DNA of 64,000 nt from Desulfatiglandales bacterium (GCA_963666345.1 OY762721.1:3744001-3808000); one strand, 5' to 3'. Counted from the first letter of the stretch, positions 30,417-39,908 are shown. Numbers and translations: made by a program. The notes: generated by a model from the sequence alone, not told the origin.

Positions 30417-30625
30417 AGGATTCAAGGATTCGAGGATTCGAGGGGGCAGGGTCCGGGTGGGGAGAGGGGCTTTCTGCGTCTTTTGCCTTTCATGTCTTTC
30501 CCGCCGATTCATAAGAGCTCCAGAAAAGTCAAGGTGCCTGCGCTCGTTCGCAGAGCAATCAGGGATATGGAAAACGTCCGGTTGCCTTTTCCCGCGTTTC
30601 TTGCCTTTCACGTCTTTCTCGCCAT
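30417..30625. repeat. Octamer array plus fragments of the intergenic repeat family
   Basis: aggattcaaggattcgaggattcgag, then tttcatgtctttc..ccgat..cataag and cctgcgctcgttcg blocks shared with 6947-7465. Confidence 0.7.
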
Positions 30626-30889
30626 AAATGGTAATAATTGACAAAAAGCAATAAAAGTATGAGTATATCAAGCGCCCACTTATTTATGCTTGCCTGCATT
30701 AAATAGATATAGCCGGAGGCACCCATGAAATAATCAGACCCCGTTTCTCAAAAAAGAGAGGTGGGGTTTTGTTGTCTGTGATGTGGATTTTGACTGAGAA
30801 AGCTATCATGGAACATCTCCAAAAGAGTCGATCTGAATGCAATATGTTTTGTGCAAAGGCTTGTTCCAAAGAGGTGCGGAAGGGCTCAA

Positions 30890-30926
30890 TAAACGGGAAA
30901 TAATTCTCACTACTCACTAGTTGGCC
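30890..30926 (+). other. Putative attI-like / first core site of the cassette array (G^TTGGCC)
   Basis: GTTGGCC at 30920-30926 is the exact complement of GGCCAAC (31730-31736) at the far end of the next gene; no attC hairpin seen upstream. Confidence 0.55.
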
Positions 30927-30937
30927 GAGGAAGAAAC

Positions 30938-31777
30938 ATGTCATTTGCTGAAGAAATTAAAACATGCTCTGATAGGATTAAGTCTCGTTTTTCCTTATCA
31001 AACACACCGGCTATTGAAGTTGTGCGTAATGATCTTCAGGTAGGCGAAGATGGGTGGAGTTGCGAAATCGAATTTAAAGATGGTTCCGTTGAACCCCCAA
31101 GCCAATACTGCCATGACGCCTTCTATGATGTCCATGGCGACTCAATCAATCCGATAGAACAACTACGCATTGAGTATCCGCAGTTGTTTTTTGATTCTGA
31201 TAAAAATCGCGGTTTTGAAACACATATAACTGAAGTTCGGGTAACACTTGGTGAAGTGTCAACCTCGGCTGGGTTTAATTGGACAATATTTGGAACAACG
31301 CATGAAACAAGTGAAAAATATTGTGCTATTATATATGTTCACACAAGGCCTTTATTCCAGAGGTGCCATATCGCAACGCTCTTAAAAATAGAGGAACTAA
31401 ATTTTTCAAAAAATTCTGGTTGTAGATATATTCAAACTTGGCATGAAAGAGATAATCCAGATTTCTTCGGAGCAATTTCCCCAAGCTTAAAAAACGATTT
31501 TTTTCTTTTTCATGGTACCAACGCAGGTGGCGAACAATACGAGGAAGCAAAATTTATTCATCTCCGCAAGTATTTAGACGGAAGCCCCTATTATTCAAAA
31601 GTCACGATTAATGACAAAAAAAGGTGGCTGGTTAGTCCCCGTGATAACGAAATAATTCTTAAGGCTTTAAAAGAAAGCAGGAAGAAATATTGCGGAAGGA
31701 TAATAAAAAAAATATCTGAACCGATGATCGGCCAACAAGAGCATTCAGCGGATCGCAAAAAAGCGCGCGCCCGCTGA
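30938..31777 (+). CDS. Hypothetical cassette protein with degenerate GNAT acetyltransferase motifs
   Basis: IIYVHTRPLFQRCHIATLLK (motif A-like), GCRYIQTWHERDN (motif B-like); stop lies within attC. Confidence 0.5.
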   Translation: MSFAEEIKTCSDRIKSRFSLSNTPAIEVVRNDLQVGEDGWSCEIEFKDGSVEPPSQYCHDAFYDVHGDSINPIEQLRIEYPQLFFDSDKNRGFETHITEVRVTLGEVSTSAGFNWTIFGTTHETSEKYCAIIYVHTRPLFQRCHIATLLKIEELNFSKNSGCRYIQTWHERDNPDFFGAISPSLKNDFFLFHGTNAGGEQYEEAKFIHLRKYLDGSPYYSKVTINDKKRWLVSPRDNEIILKALKESRKKYCGRIIKKISEPMIGQQEHSADRKKARAR

Positions 31778-31788
31778 TGCCCGGCGTT
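31730..31788 (+). other. attC site 1 (core site split by IS1182)
   Basis: GGCCAAC, stem TCAGCGG/CCGCTGA, GTT 31786-31788; original core continues as GTTCGGC at 33713. Confidence 0.8.
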
Positions 31789-33712
31789 GAGACTGTCGAA
31801 AAAGTAATTTCGCATATTTATATGTCAACCCAACCCCATAAAACACTAACTTATGATAATTTAAATACTTTGATAGGTTTAATGTTAGATGATGTTATTA
31901 GGCAATAAATATAAGCATTTACATGCAATCAATTATATAGTATAGTCTTCGTCATCCTCTAAAAAGTAAAGACAGTGATTTTTCTTCTAATGGAGATGAA
32001 GATGGCACGCTATAAGCATTATGACTACGAACAGTTAATGATGGTGCCGGTATCACTGGAAGAGCAGCTTATACCAGGCACCTTGGAATATGCGATTCAT
32101 CATGTTGCAGAAGAAAGACTTGACCTGAGTATCTTTGACAACCGCTATTGCAACGATGAGACGGGCCGCAAGGCGATAGACCCCAAGGTTCTGATAAAGA
32201 TTGTGCTCTTTGGTTATTCACGAGGTTTGATTTCATCACGATCATTGGAGCGGGCCTGCAAGGAAAACATTACGTTTATGGCTCTTTGCTGTGGCCAGAA
32301 ACCGGATCACAGTACGATTGCAGCCTTTGTAACATCCTTAGATAAAGAAATAGAGCCGTTATTCACGAAAGTGCTGCTGATTTGCGATGAAGAGGATTTG
32401 TTGAGTGGAACTCATTTCAGTTTGGATGGATTGAAACTTTCTTCGAATGCAGCAAAGGAATGGAGTGGTAAATTCGAGGATTTGAAGAAAAAACAGAAAG
32501 CCCTTAAGCGTAAAGTAAAGGAAGCAGTTAGAGAACATCGTGCAGAGGATAAAAGAGAAGGCAAAAGGAATGGTACAGATAGTGCCAGGAGGAAAAAGCG
32601 GATAAAGAGACTGAAACAAAAAGCGGATCGCATTGAGAAGTTTCTTTCTGAGAACGAACCGAAGATCGGTTCCAGGGGCAAGGAGATCCAGAGTAACGTC
32701 ACGGACAATGAATCAGCCAAGATGGCCACTTCACACGGTGTATTGCAGGGCTATAATGCCAACGCAGTAGTGGATGAGAAACATCAGATAGTGGTGCATG
32801 GTGAGGCTTTTGGAAAAGGTGAGGACGGCACAAACATGGAGCCGTTGCTGGAAGGAGCGAAAGAGAAACTGGAAGCTATTGGCTGGAAGGATCCTCTGAA
32901 AGATAAAAGGTCAGTGCAGACACGGGCTATTACAGCGTGAAGAATCTGGAGGCATGTAAGGATTATGAGATTGATGCTTATGTGCCGGACCGTCAGTTTA
33001 GAAAACGAGACATCCGTTTTGCAGGTGCAGGTCGTCACCGCCGTTCGGTGGACAAACGCCATGAAAGATACAAATCGAAGAAGCGCTGGTTCAGCGTAGA
33101 AGACTTTAAGCTTGATGACCGCACCGGCAAACTTATCTGTCCTGCGGGCCACGGGCTATATATAAAGAATCGGAATTTTCAGACGGCCGAAGGATACAAG
33201 GCCATTGCATATCAGGCACCGAAGACGGCCTGCCGTGATTGCCGATTACGTTCCAAATGCTTGCATAAACCCAACACGGTATCACGACAGGTTCATGTTT
33301 TTTATGGAAAACGTCCCGGCAGCCTTACAGATAAAATGAAGCGGAAGATGGACGCCGCATTTATAGTAAAAGGATGGGCATAGTAGAACCGGTGTTTGGG
33401 AATATTGGCACGTGCAAGAGAATGGACAGGTTTACCTTACGGGGGCATGTCAAAGTAAATATTCAATGGATGTTATACTGCCTTGTTCACAACATTGAAA
33501 AGATCTCCAATTTTGGAAAAAGCTATGCCATTGCTTAATGATGATAGGAGATATATCTTACACAAAAGCCCTATTCGCTATGATAGAAGCACTTATTTTC
33601 GCAACCGGCATGTAATTAGAGCAATAGCATCTTCGTGAATATTCCAAGTTCCATTAACATTTTACTCTGCTGTCACGAAAATCGTATCGCAAACTGGTTT
33701 TTCGACAGCCTC
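31789..33712 (+). mobile_element. IS1182-family insertion sequence
   Basis: IRs GAGACTGTCGAAAAA / TTTTTCGACAGCCTC; GTT duplicated on both sides. Confidence 0.88.
32002..33538 (+). pseudogene. IS1182 transposase, frameshifted near 32908 and 33350
   Basis: PDHSTIAAF, LDGLKL, TDNESAKM, QGYN; SADTGY and VEPVFGNI motifs fall in different frames. Confidence 0.85.
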
Positions 33713-33761
33713 GTTCGGCTAAATAATGGATCTGGCCCTGTACAGCAAGTTTGCATATAAG

Positions 33762-34387
33762 ATTTAACAACCACCCCTAAAAGGGGTGGACTAAAAGGTG
33801 ACCCTAAAAGGGTAACATTTACATCCTTATACTAGGCAATTACATGCGCTTATCTTTTTCCAACTGCCATTTGACATACTTTCTGATCTTCTCCTCATCC
33901 AGTCCTATGGTACTGACACAGTATCCCTTCGCCCAAAAATGCCTTCCCCAGTACCGCCTTTTCAACTCCAGATGCCTATCAAAGATCTTTATGGCGCATT
34001 TGCCTTTCAAAAAACCTGTTACTTCCGAAACCGATAACTTCGGTGGTATTGATATCACAAGATGCACATGGTCTTTCTGGACATTCATTTCCAGAATTTC
34101 AAGCTTCTTCCATTCGCACAGCTGCTTTATAATTTCACAGACTGATTTTCTTACTGCACCTTTCAGAATCCTGAATCGATATTTCGGGCACCAAACTATG
34201 TGGTATTTGCAATCCCAGATCGCATGTGCTAATTTTCTAAAATCATTCATTGAATACCTCCTTTTATCTTCAGGGTCACCTACCCCGATATTATGGAGGT
34301 ATTCTTTTTTTGTCACCACCACGCTACCCGCTTAGCATAGCTGGGACCCACCAGTAAAACTGGTGGATTAAGGGGTTATTTAACAAC
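33762..34387 (-). mobile_element. IS200/IS605-family element (tnpA only) in the RT cassette leader; ends approximate
   Basis: Subterminal hairpins CCACCCCTAAAAGGGGTGG, GTGACCCTAAAAGGGTAAC and CCACCAGTAAAACTGGTGG flank tnpA. Confidence 0.85.
33840..34250 (-). CDS. tnpA: Y1 HUH transposase TnpA
   Basis: CKYHIVWCPKYR, DHVHL (HUH), LKGK, FWAKGY, IRKYV; AGGAGG RBS before ATG 34250. Confidence 0.92.
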   Translation of the reverse strand: MNDFRKLAHAIWDCKYHIVWCPKYRFRILKGAVRKSVCEIIKQLCEWKKLEILEMNVQKDHVHLVISIPPKLSVSEVTGFLKGKCAIKIFDRHLELKRRYWGRHFWAKGYCVSTIGLDEEKIRKYVKWQLEKDKRM

Positions 34388-34443
34388 TTACTCCGGTACG
34401 CAACCACAGCACAAATAGACTAAATGACATTCAAGAGGGCCTA

Positions 34444-36021
34444 ATGCCACTTCAACTTTTTGACCTACTGAGCAAGGGTTACTTCCCGAAAGAATTACCG
34501 CCGCCATTCACAACAGAAACCTACGCTCAGGCTCTAGCTGGTCCACAGGCTACCCCGCCTCCTGGCAGTTTTTCTTCTCGCCCGTGGTTCTCTATGTCAT
34601 GTACCCATAATCTTGTTAGAACAGGAGGACTTCGCAGGAACCTCAGCATTCCGAACCCAAAGCATTACTTCCGTTTGGCTGAACACATAGTCGCGAATTG
34701 GGCCAATATGACAACGCTTACGAATGCAACGCCCTTTTCGTTCAGCAAACCTGTTGATATCCATCTTGGCAGATCTATATCTCCTGAACATCGTTTAGCC
34801 GAGAGAGCTGCCTCACGAGTCCATCTTAGATCAACGGGTCGTATTCTTTTAAAGGCAGATATAACAAGATTCTTCCCATCTGTTTACACTCATGCGATTC
34901 CATGGGCCATTATGGGAAAGACCGCGGCAAAAAATGCTCATGCGGCTGGAACGTTGAAAGGTTCTTGGGAAGATAGGGTGGACCTCTTGTCCCGGTCATT
35001 GAATAGTAATCAAACAGTAGGCATTCCTATTGGCCCTGACACATCACTACTCATCGCAGAGGTACTACTCGCACGAATTGATTTAGAACTCAGCCAGAAA
35101 TTTCCCAATCTCAAGTGTTTAAGATATATCGATGACTACGAGTTTGTCTTTACAACAAGATCAGAGGCAGAGGAAGTACTTGGATACTTACAATTTCTGC
35201 TTAATAACTTCGAATTTGCGATTAATCCTAATAAAACTTTTATCATTGAATTGCCTGGGCCTCTAGAGAGTATATGGACTACTAATCTAAGATATTTCAT
35301 CTTCCGCGATGCTGGAGTAACAGGGCAACAGAACGATTTAGTGGCATTTTTCGACACAGCCTTTGAATTGTTCAAAAGGTATCGGGAAGAAGGTCTCATG
35401 AAATATGCAGTTGCTTGCCTGAGGGGGTTAAATGTCCAAGAAGAGAACTGGGAACTTCTTGAAGGTCTCTTGATGCATTGCATATCGATTGAGCCTGCTT
35501 GCCTCCCACAAGTATGCGATCAGGTTGTTTACTACCTTTCTTTGGGTTACCCGGTGAAGACAGACCTTTGGTCTGTTTGTCTAAATAATATTGTAATAGA
35601 AAAGACTCCATTGGGGCAAGCTAGTGAAGTCGCGTGGGCTATGTGGCTCATGAAAATTCTTGATATAAATCTTCAGGATAAATGTTCACAGGCGGTAGGT
35701 GATAGCGAAGACTCTGTCGTTGGGCTAATGGCACTTGGTCTGGCTACAGCTGGATTAGCAAGCATGGCAAATCTGGCCGGGCTTCATCGTTACTCTCAGC
35801 ATAATTTTCTGTTTGAGTCCCAATGGCTTCTTTGCTACCAAGGCAATCTAATGACGTGCCTTGGTCCTGGAGGTGGTCCAGTTAATCTCCAAACCGACTC
35901 GGCCTTCTCATACATGGAGGCTCAGGGAGTTTCATTTTTTGATATCAACGTTCCTGTGCCACCAGCAATTCGGTACGCGGTTCCTCCCGCCTATGGTGGA
36001 GGTGGCGGCGGTGGTTATTAA
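34444..36021 (+). CDS. UG/Abi-class (defence-associated) reverse transcriptase with helical C-terminal domain and Tyr-Gly7-Tyr tail
   Basis: RNLSIPNP, KADITRFFPSVYTHAIPWA, GIPIGPDTSLLIAE, RYIDD, INPNKT; lacks retron VTG and intron maturase features. Confidence 0.85.
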   Translation: MPLQLFDLLSKGYFPKELPPPFTTETYAQALAGPQATPPPGSFSSRPWFSMSCTHNLVRTGGLRRNLSIPNPKHYFRLAEHIVANWANMTTLTNATPFSFSKPVDIHLGRSISPEHRLAERAASRVHLRSTGRILLKADITRFFPSVYTHAIPWAIMGKTAAKNAHAAGTLKGSWEDRVDLLSRSLNSNQTVGIPIGPDTSLLIAEVLLARIDLELSQKFPNLKCLRYIDDYEFVFTTRSEAEEVLGYLQFLLNNFEFAINPNKTFIIELPGPLESIWTTNLRYFIFRDAGVTGQQNDLVAFFDTAFELFKRYREEGLMKYAVACLRGLNVQEENWELLEGLLMHCISIEPACLPQVCDQVVYYLSLGYPVKTDLWSVCLNNIVIEKTPLGQASEVAWAMWLMKILDINLQDKCSQAVGDSEDSVVGLMALGLATAGLASMANLAGLHRYSQHNFLFESQWLLCYQGNLMTCLGPGGGPVNLQTDSAFSYMEAQGVSFFDINVPVPPAIRYAVPPAYGGGGGGGY

Positions 36022-36107
36022 GACGGTCTAATGATGTCTCCAATAGATAAAGGGAGATTCTGTCCGTGATTTACATTCTACCCTCTGAAATGTTTATCAG
36101 CGAAATC

Positions 36108-36168
36108 GTCGAACCAGCGGATCATGATCGGCTCGCTAATCGCTCGCGACTTATCCGGATCGTTAGCT
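36108..36168 (+). other. attC site 2
   Basis: GTCGAAC (pairs with cassette start GTTCGGC, 1 mismatch), CGGAT/ATCCG arms, GTTAGCT. Confidence 0.7.
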
Positions 36169-36271
36169 ATGACCTATGTTGAACAGTTACTGAAAGGCGA
36201 AAGATGACAACTGGATGCCGGAAAGTGTAGTATTGTGGATAGATTTTCTTTGAATTGTAAAGTGGGGCGAA

Positions 36272-38059
36272 ATGTACAGTAGCAATTCGGCAACTGCGCA
36301 GACTATCTATGGGCATATGGACGTAGCGGCATTCCTTCGTGCCTATCAGATGCGTACGAGCAGCGTTATGTGGCTTCTAGGCGCTGGCGCCTCCCGTTCC
36401 GGCGGCATCAAGACTGCCGGTGACATGATCTGGGACTTCAAACAGAACCTCTACCGCTCGCACAAGAAGCTCCCGCCCAATGCGATTACCGACCTGGGTG
36501 ACCCGGCCGTTCAGCGCAAGCTTCAGCGGTATTTCGATGAGCTTCCGGAATTTCCAGCAGGCGGAGCACCTGACGAGTACGCGCAGTACTTCGAGGCCAC
36601 TTATCCGCATGCCAATGACCGGCGGGCGTATCTCGACAAGCTCATCAGGCTCGGTAAGCCGTCCTACGGGCATTTATCGCTCGCCTTGTTGATGCGCGAA
36701 GGGTGTTGTCGCATAGTCTGGACGACCAATTTCGACCGAACAGTGGAGGATGCGGCCGCCAAGATCTACGGGACAACGAACGACCTCGTGGTGGCGGACC
36801 TTGGTGAGCCGAAAAAGGTCGCCGATGCGCTCAATGCCAAGCGCTTTCCGATCTATGGCAAACTGCACGGCGACTATCATTCCGTCGCCCTCAAAAACAC
36901 GGACGAAGAGCTCAGAGAGCAAGACGCCGAGATGTGCCGCGCGTTTTTTCAAGCGTGCAAGACGAATGGGCTGGCAGTGGTTGGCTACAGCGGTCGGGAT
37001 GCCTCCGTCATGGAAACCCTGAGGGAGGCGTTGGACGATGGGCGGGGATTCCCGAATGGGCTGTTCTGGTTTAAGCGGTCCGGTGAAGAGCCCTTCGAGG
37101 CAGTGACGGAGTTGATCACAGAGGCGCGTCGCCTGCGGGTGGACGCCCATCTTATCGACAACGAGACTTTTGACGAGCTTCTGTCTGACCTTGTTCGGTT
37201 TTTGCCTGAAACCTCTGGCAAGCTCGGGGATATTGAAGGGGCCAAGCCACCGCGCCTTGGTAGTGCACCGCTGAAGGCACCAGGTGCAACGACCCCCTCA
37301 ATCCGGACCAATGCGTTGCCGATCATCTCGCACCCTGTTATGTGTCAGCTGATCGACTGCGACATCGGGGGTTGGGCGGAGATACAGGGAGCAATCGAGA
37401 CGGCTGGCGTTGATATCGTTGCCAGGCGGATTAAGGACGGCGTTATCGCTTTCGGGCGAGATCCGGATATCCGGGCAGCCTTTAATGCATTCGGCATTAA
37501 AAGGTTCGAGACACGTTCCATTCCCGATAAGAACCTCTCCTACGAGAGCGAGGAACGCCGCCTCATCCGGGATGCGCTTGTGCGTGCCCTGAGCAGTCGG
37601 CCGGGCATCGAGATCATACGCCGTGGGTGGCATGTTCTCGCGCTTCCAAACATGCAAACCGTGAAGCCGGGCCACTTTCAGTTTAATACCATCAAGCCCG
37701 TTGATAGTCTCACCGGCACGGTAGGGAAAACAGGCATTCGCTGGACTGAGTGCTGCGAACTACGTCTTGACTACAAGCTTGACCGGTTATGGCTCCTTAT
37801 GGAACCGCGCATCCACCGCGATATTCCGGTAGAGGCCACCTCAGCGCAGATCGACGAGTCCAAGGAATTTGTGCGTTCGAGGTTGGCGGGTCGCTTTAAC
37901 CCAAAGGCCAACGCCATGCTGAGCGGGTGGGCTAGCCTTCTTCTCGGGACAGACCGAAACGTCCGATCCGTCACGCTACGTAGCTTCGGCATATCCGACG
38001 GCATTGATGCGACCTTCGAGGTGTCGTCGATCACAGGATTTAGCGGGGTGAGCCGATGA
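36272..38059 (+). CDS. SIR2-APAZ NADase effector of a short prokaryotic Argonaute (SPARSA) system
   Basis: WLLGAGASRSGG, WTTNFD, KLHGDY, VGYSGRD SIR2 motifs; APAZ-like C-terminal half (RTNALPI, LWLLMEP); start may be ATG 36317. Confidence 0.9.
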   Translation: MYSSNSATAQTIYGHMDVAAFLRAYQMRTSSVMWLLGAGASRSGGIKTAGDMIWDFKQNLYRSHKKLPPNAITDLGDPAVQRKLQRYFDELPEFPAGGAPDEYAQYFEATYPHANDRRAYLDKLIRLGKPSYGHLSLALLMREGCCRIVWTTNFDRTVEDAAAKIYGTTNDLVVADLGEPKKVADALNAKRFPIYGKLHGDYHSVALKNTDEELREQDAEMCRAFFQACKTNGLAVVGYSGRDASVMETLREALDDGRGFPNGLFWFKRSGEEPFEAVTELITEARRLRVDAHLIDNETFDELLSDLVRFLPETSGKLGDIEGAKPPRLGSAPLKAPGATTPSIRTNALPIISHPVMCQLIDCDIGGWAEIQGAIETAGVDIVARRIKDGVIAFGRDPDIRAAFNAFGIKRFETRSIPDKNLSYESEERRLIRDALVRALSSRPGIEIIRRGWHVLALPNMQTVKPGHFQFNTIKPVDSLTGTVGKTGIRWTECCELRLDYKLDRLWLLMEPRIHRDIPVEATSAQIDESKEFVRSRLAGRFNPKANAMLSGWASLLLGTDRNVRSVTLRSFGISDGIDATFEVSSITGFSGVSR

Positions 38060-39486
38060 CAGCATCCCCTCAGCCATTTCAACTGCCCGGCTATTCTGTC
38101 CTGACGGAACAGGAGCTACGCTTTGGAGCGGCGGACCCAAAGGCCGTGGATGCGCATCCGCTGCGAGGGTTGCTTCGGTTTGGCCCGTATTCCCGCGATA
38201 AGCTTGCGGCGATCGCCGATCCAATCCGAGTCGCCATCATCGCGCCTGCCGGACAGCTTGAACGGGTCAACGGCCTCTTGCGGGAACTTCAGCAATACCA
38301 TCAGCCGCGTGAGCGACGCCAGTACCTGCCGGGCTTTCCGGGCTTCTCAAAGGTTTTTTACGTGAACATGGGGGCCGCAGGCCCGCACGCGAACGTTGAG
38401 CTGCCAGTGGACCTGACAGAGCAGATGAAGCGGGTCGAGAAGCCCCATCTCAAGCTGGCCGAGGCGCTTCAGCATGCGCTCCACGCCCTCCACCATCAGA
38501 GAGATGCCTTCGATGTCGTCTACATCCTACTGGATAAGGCGTGGGAGGCCGGCTTCTTCGGCGGGGAGGGGGATGACTTCAACCTTCATGACTATGTGAA
38601 GGCCATTGCCGCCTTCGAAGGCATCCCTACCCAGTTCCTTAATGAAGATCGTGCGTTGGTGTATCGCTGCCGTGCCAGTGTGATGTGGCGTTTGGGCATC
38701 GCCCTCTATACCAAGGCTGGCGGCGTGCCGTGGGTCTTGGCCAATATCGATCCGGGAACGGCGTATATTGGAATCGACTATGCCCTCCGACCAAATACGG
38801 ACGTGGATTCGCGGTTTGCGATCTGTTGCAGCCAGGTTTTCGACGCTGAAGGCTCGGGCCTGGAGTTTGTCGCCTACGAGGCCAGTGGTGTCCGGATGTT
38901 TGGGAAGAACCCCTTCCTCCACCGGGATCAGATGATGAAGGTGATGTCCCGCAGCCTGGCTGTGTATCAGCGCAAACACGCAGGCGCTGTGCCCTCACGC
39001 ATCGTGGTGCACAAGAACACTGAATTTAAGCCCTACGAGATCGACGGAGTTTTCGACGCCTTCCCGAATACGGAGAACATCGAACTCGTCCACGTACAGC
39101 AGAATAGCGGATGGCGCGGTGTTTACATCACTAAGCCTCAGCAGCCGAATGGCTATCCGTGTTTGCGGGGCAGCACGTTCCAACTTGGCCAGCATACCTC
39201 CTTGCTCTGGACGCAGGGTGACCTGCCGGTCGTGGCTGACGGGAGTTCCTACTTCAAGGAAGGCAAAGGGACGCCTGAGCCTCTTATACTGAACCGACAC
39301 GCCGGCCGTGGTGCGATGGACGACTTGTGCAAAGAGACTCTTGCGCTCACGAAAATGGACTGGAACAACGACAGCCCCTATGACCGCATGCCGGTCACGC
39401 TCAACTTCGCCGGAACGCTTGCCGCTGTGGTCAAGCAGATGCCCAAACTGGAGCCTCGCTCGTACCCAGTGCGCCTGTTTATGTAA
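38056..39486 (+). CDS. Short prokaryotic Argonaute (MID-PIWI, catalytically inactive)
   Basis: LHDYVKA...PTQF...YTKAGGVPW MID motif, YIGIDY, VVHK instead of RDG, LTKMDWN, PVTL; ATGA overlap with SIR2-APAZ. Confidence 0.92.
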   Translation: MTASPQPFQLPGYSVLTEQELRFGAADPKAVDAHPLRGLLRFGPYSRDKLAAIADPIRVAIIAPAGQLERVNGLLRELQQYHQPRERRQYLPGFPGFSKVFYVNMGAAGPHANVELPVDLTEQMKRVEKPHLKLAEALQHALHALHHQRDAFDVVYILLDKAWEAGFFGGEGDDFNLHDYVKAIAAFEGIPTQFLNEDRALVYRCRASVMWRLGIALYTKAGGVPWVLANIDPGTAYIGIDYALRPNTDVDSRFAICCSQVFDAEGSGLEFVAYEASGVRMFGKNPFLHRDQMMKVMSRSLAVYQRKHAGAVPSRIVVHKNTEFKPYEIDGVFDAFPNTENIELVHVQQNSGWRGVYITKPQQPNGYPCLRGSTFQLGQHTSLLWTQGDLPVVADGSSYFKEGKGTPEPLILNRHAGRGAMDDLCKETLALTKMDWNNDSPYDRMPVTLNFAGTLAAVVKQMPKLEPRSYPVRLFM

Positions 39487-39537
39487 GAGCATATAGAACC
39501 GCGCCAACTCCTATAACACCAGATTAGGTAGCATAGC

Positions 39538-39552
39538 CGCTAACAAATCGGC
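39538..39552 (+). other. Truncated attC (left half) closing the SPARSA cassette
   Basis: CGCTAAC-AAATC-GGC; GCTAAC complements GTTAGC at 36162; right arm missing. Confidence 0.55.
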
Positions 39553-39580
39553 GGAGATACAGAAATTTGTCTGATGGATT

Positions 39581-39908
39581 GGGGGACGGGCCACGATAAT
39601 ATTACGAAATAACTTAGAAAGAAGTCTGAAAAAGAGCAAAGATAGGGCCTATATTGCGATTTTTGATACCGAAAAGGGCATTATAGGTTCTGCGTGATGG
39701 CAAGAGCAAAAAGGCATTTATTGAAAAATTACTTCTGCCTGGAACCGCAATCGACAGAAAGGTAAGACAATCCGGAAATGGCTATGAGTTTGAGGAGCGG
39801 TGAGTCCCTGCATCGTCTGTTTTGGGACGAAAACCGGTGATACAGGCCTCAGAAGGTGCTTTTGGGATGATTATCATGTATAACCAATAAGTTATCATGG
39901 GCTACCCC
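39581..39908 (+). mobile_element. Internally deleted REP/RAYT-like (Y1 transposase) remnant A
   Basis: GGGGGACGGGCC ... GGGCTACCCC ends; residual MARAKRH start at 39697; 29-bp block identical to remnant B. Confidence 0.5.

Noticed and set aside
30190..30900. Integron integrase or its remnant upstream of the putative attI
   Set aside because: Only short ORFs and repeat fragments; no tyrosine recombinase motifs recognisable.
33713..34443. Retron msr-msd ncRNA upstream of the RT
   Set aside because: The hairpins belong to the IS200 ends; the remaining leader is short, shows no a1/a2 inverted repeat, and the RT lacks the retron VTG motif.
34444..36021. RT as group II intron maturase or DGR RT
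   Set aside because: No YADD/domain X, no adjacent DV, no TR/VR pair or avd gene; the intron remnants lie over 7 kb away and are unrelated.
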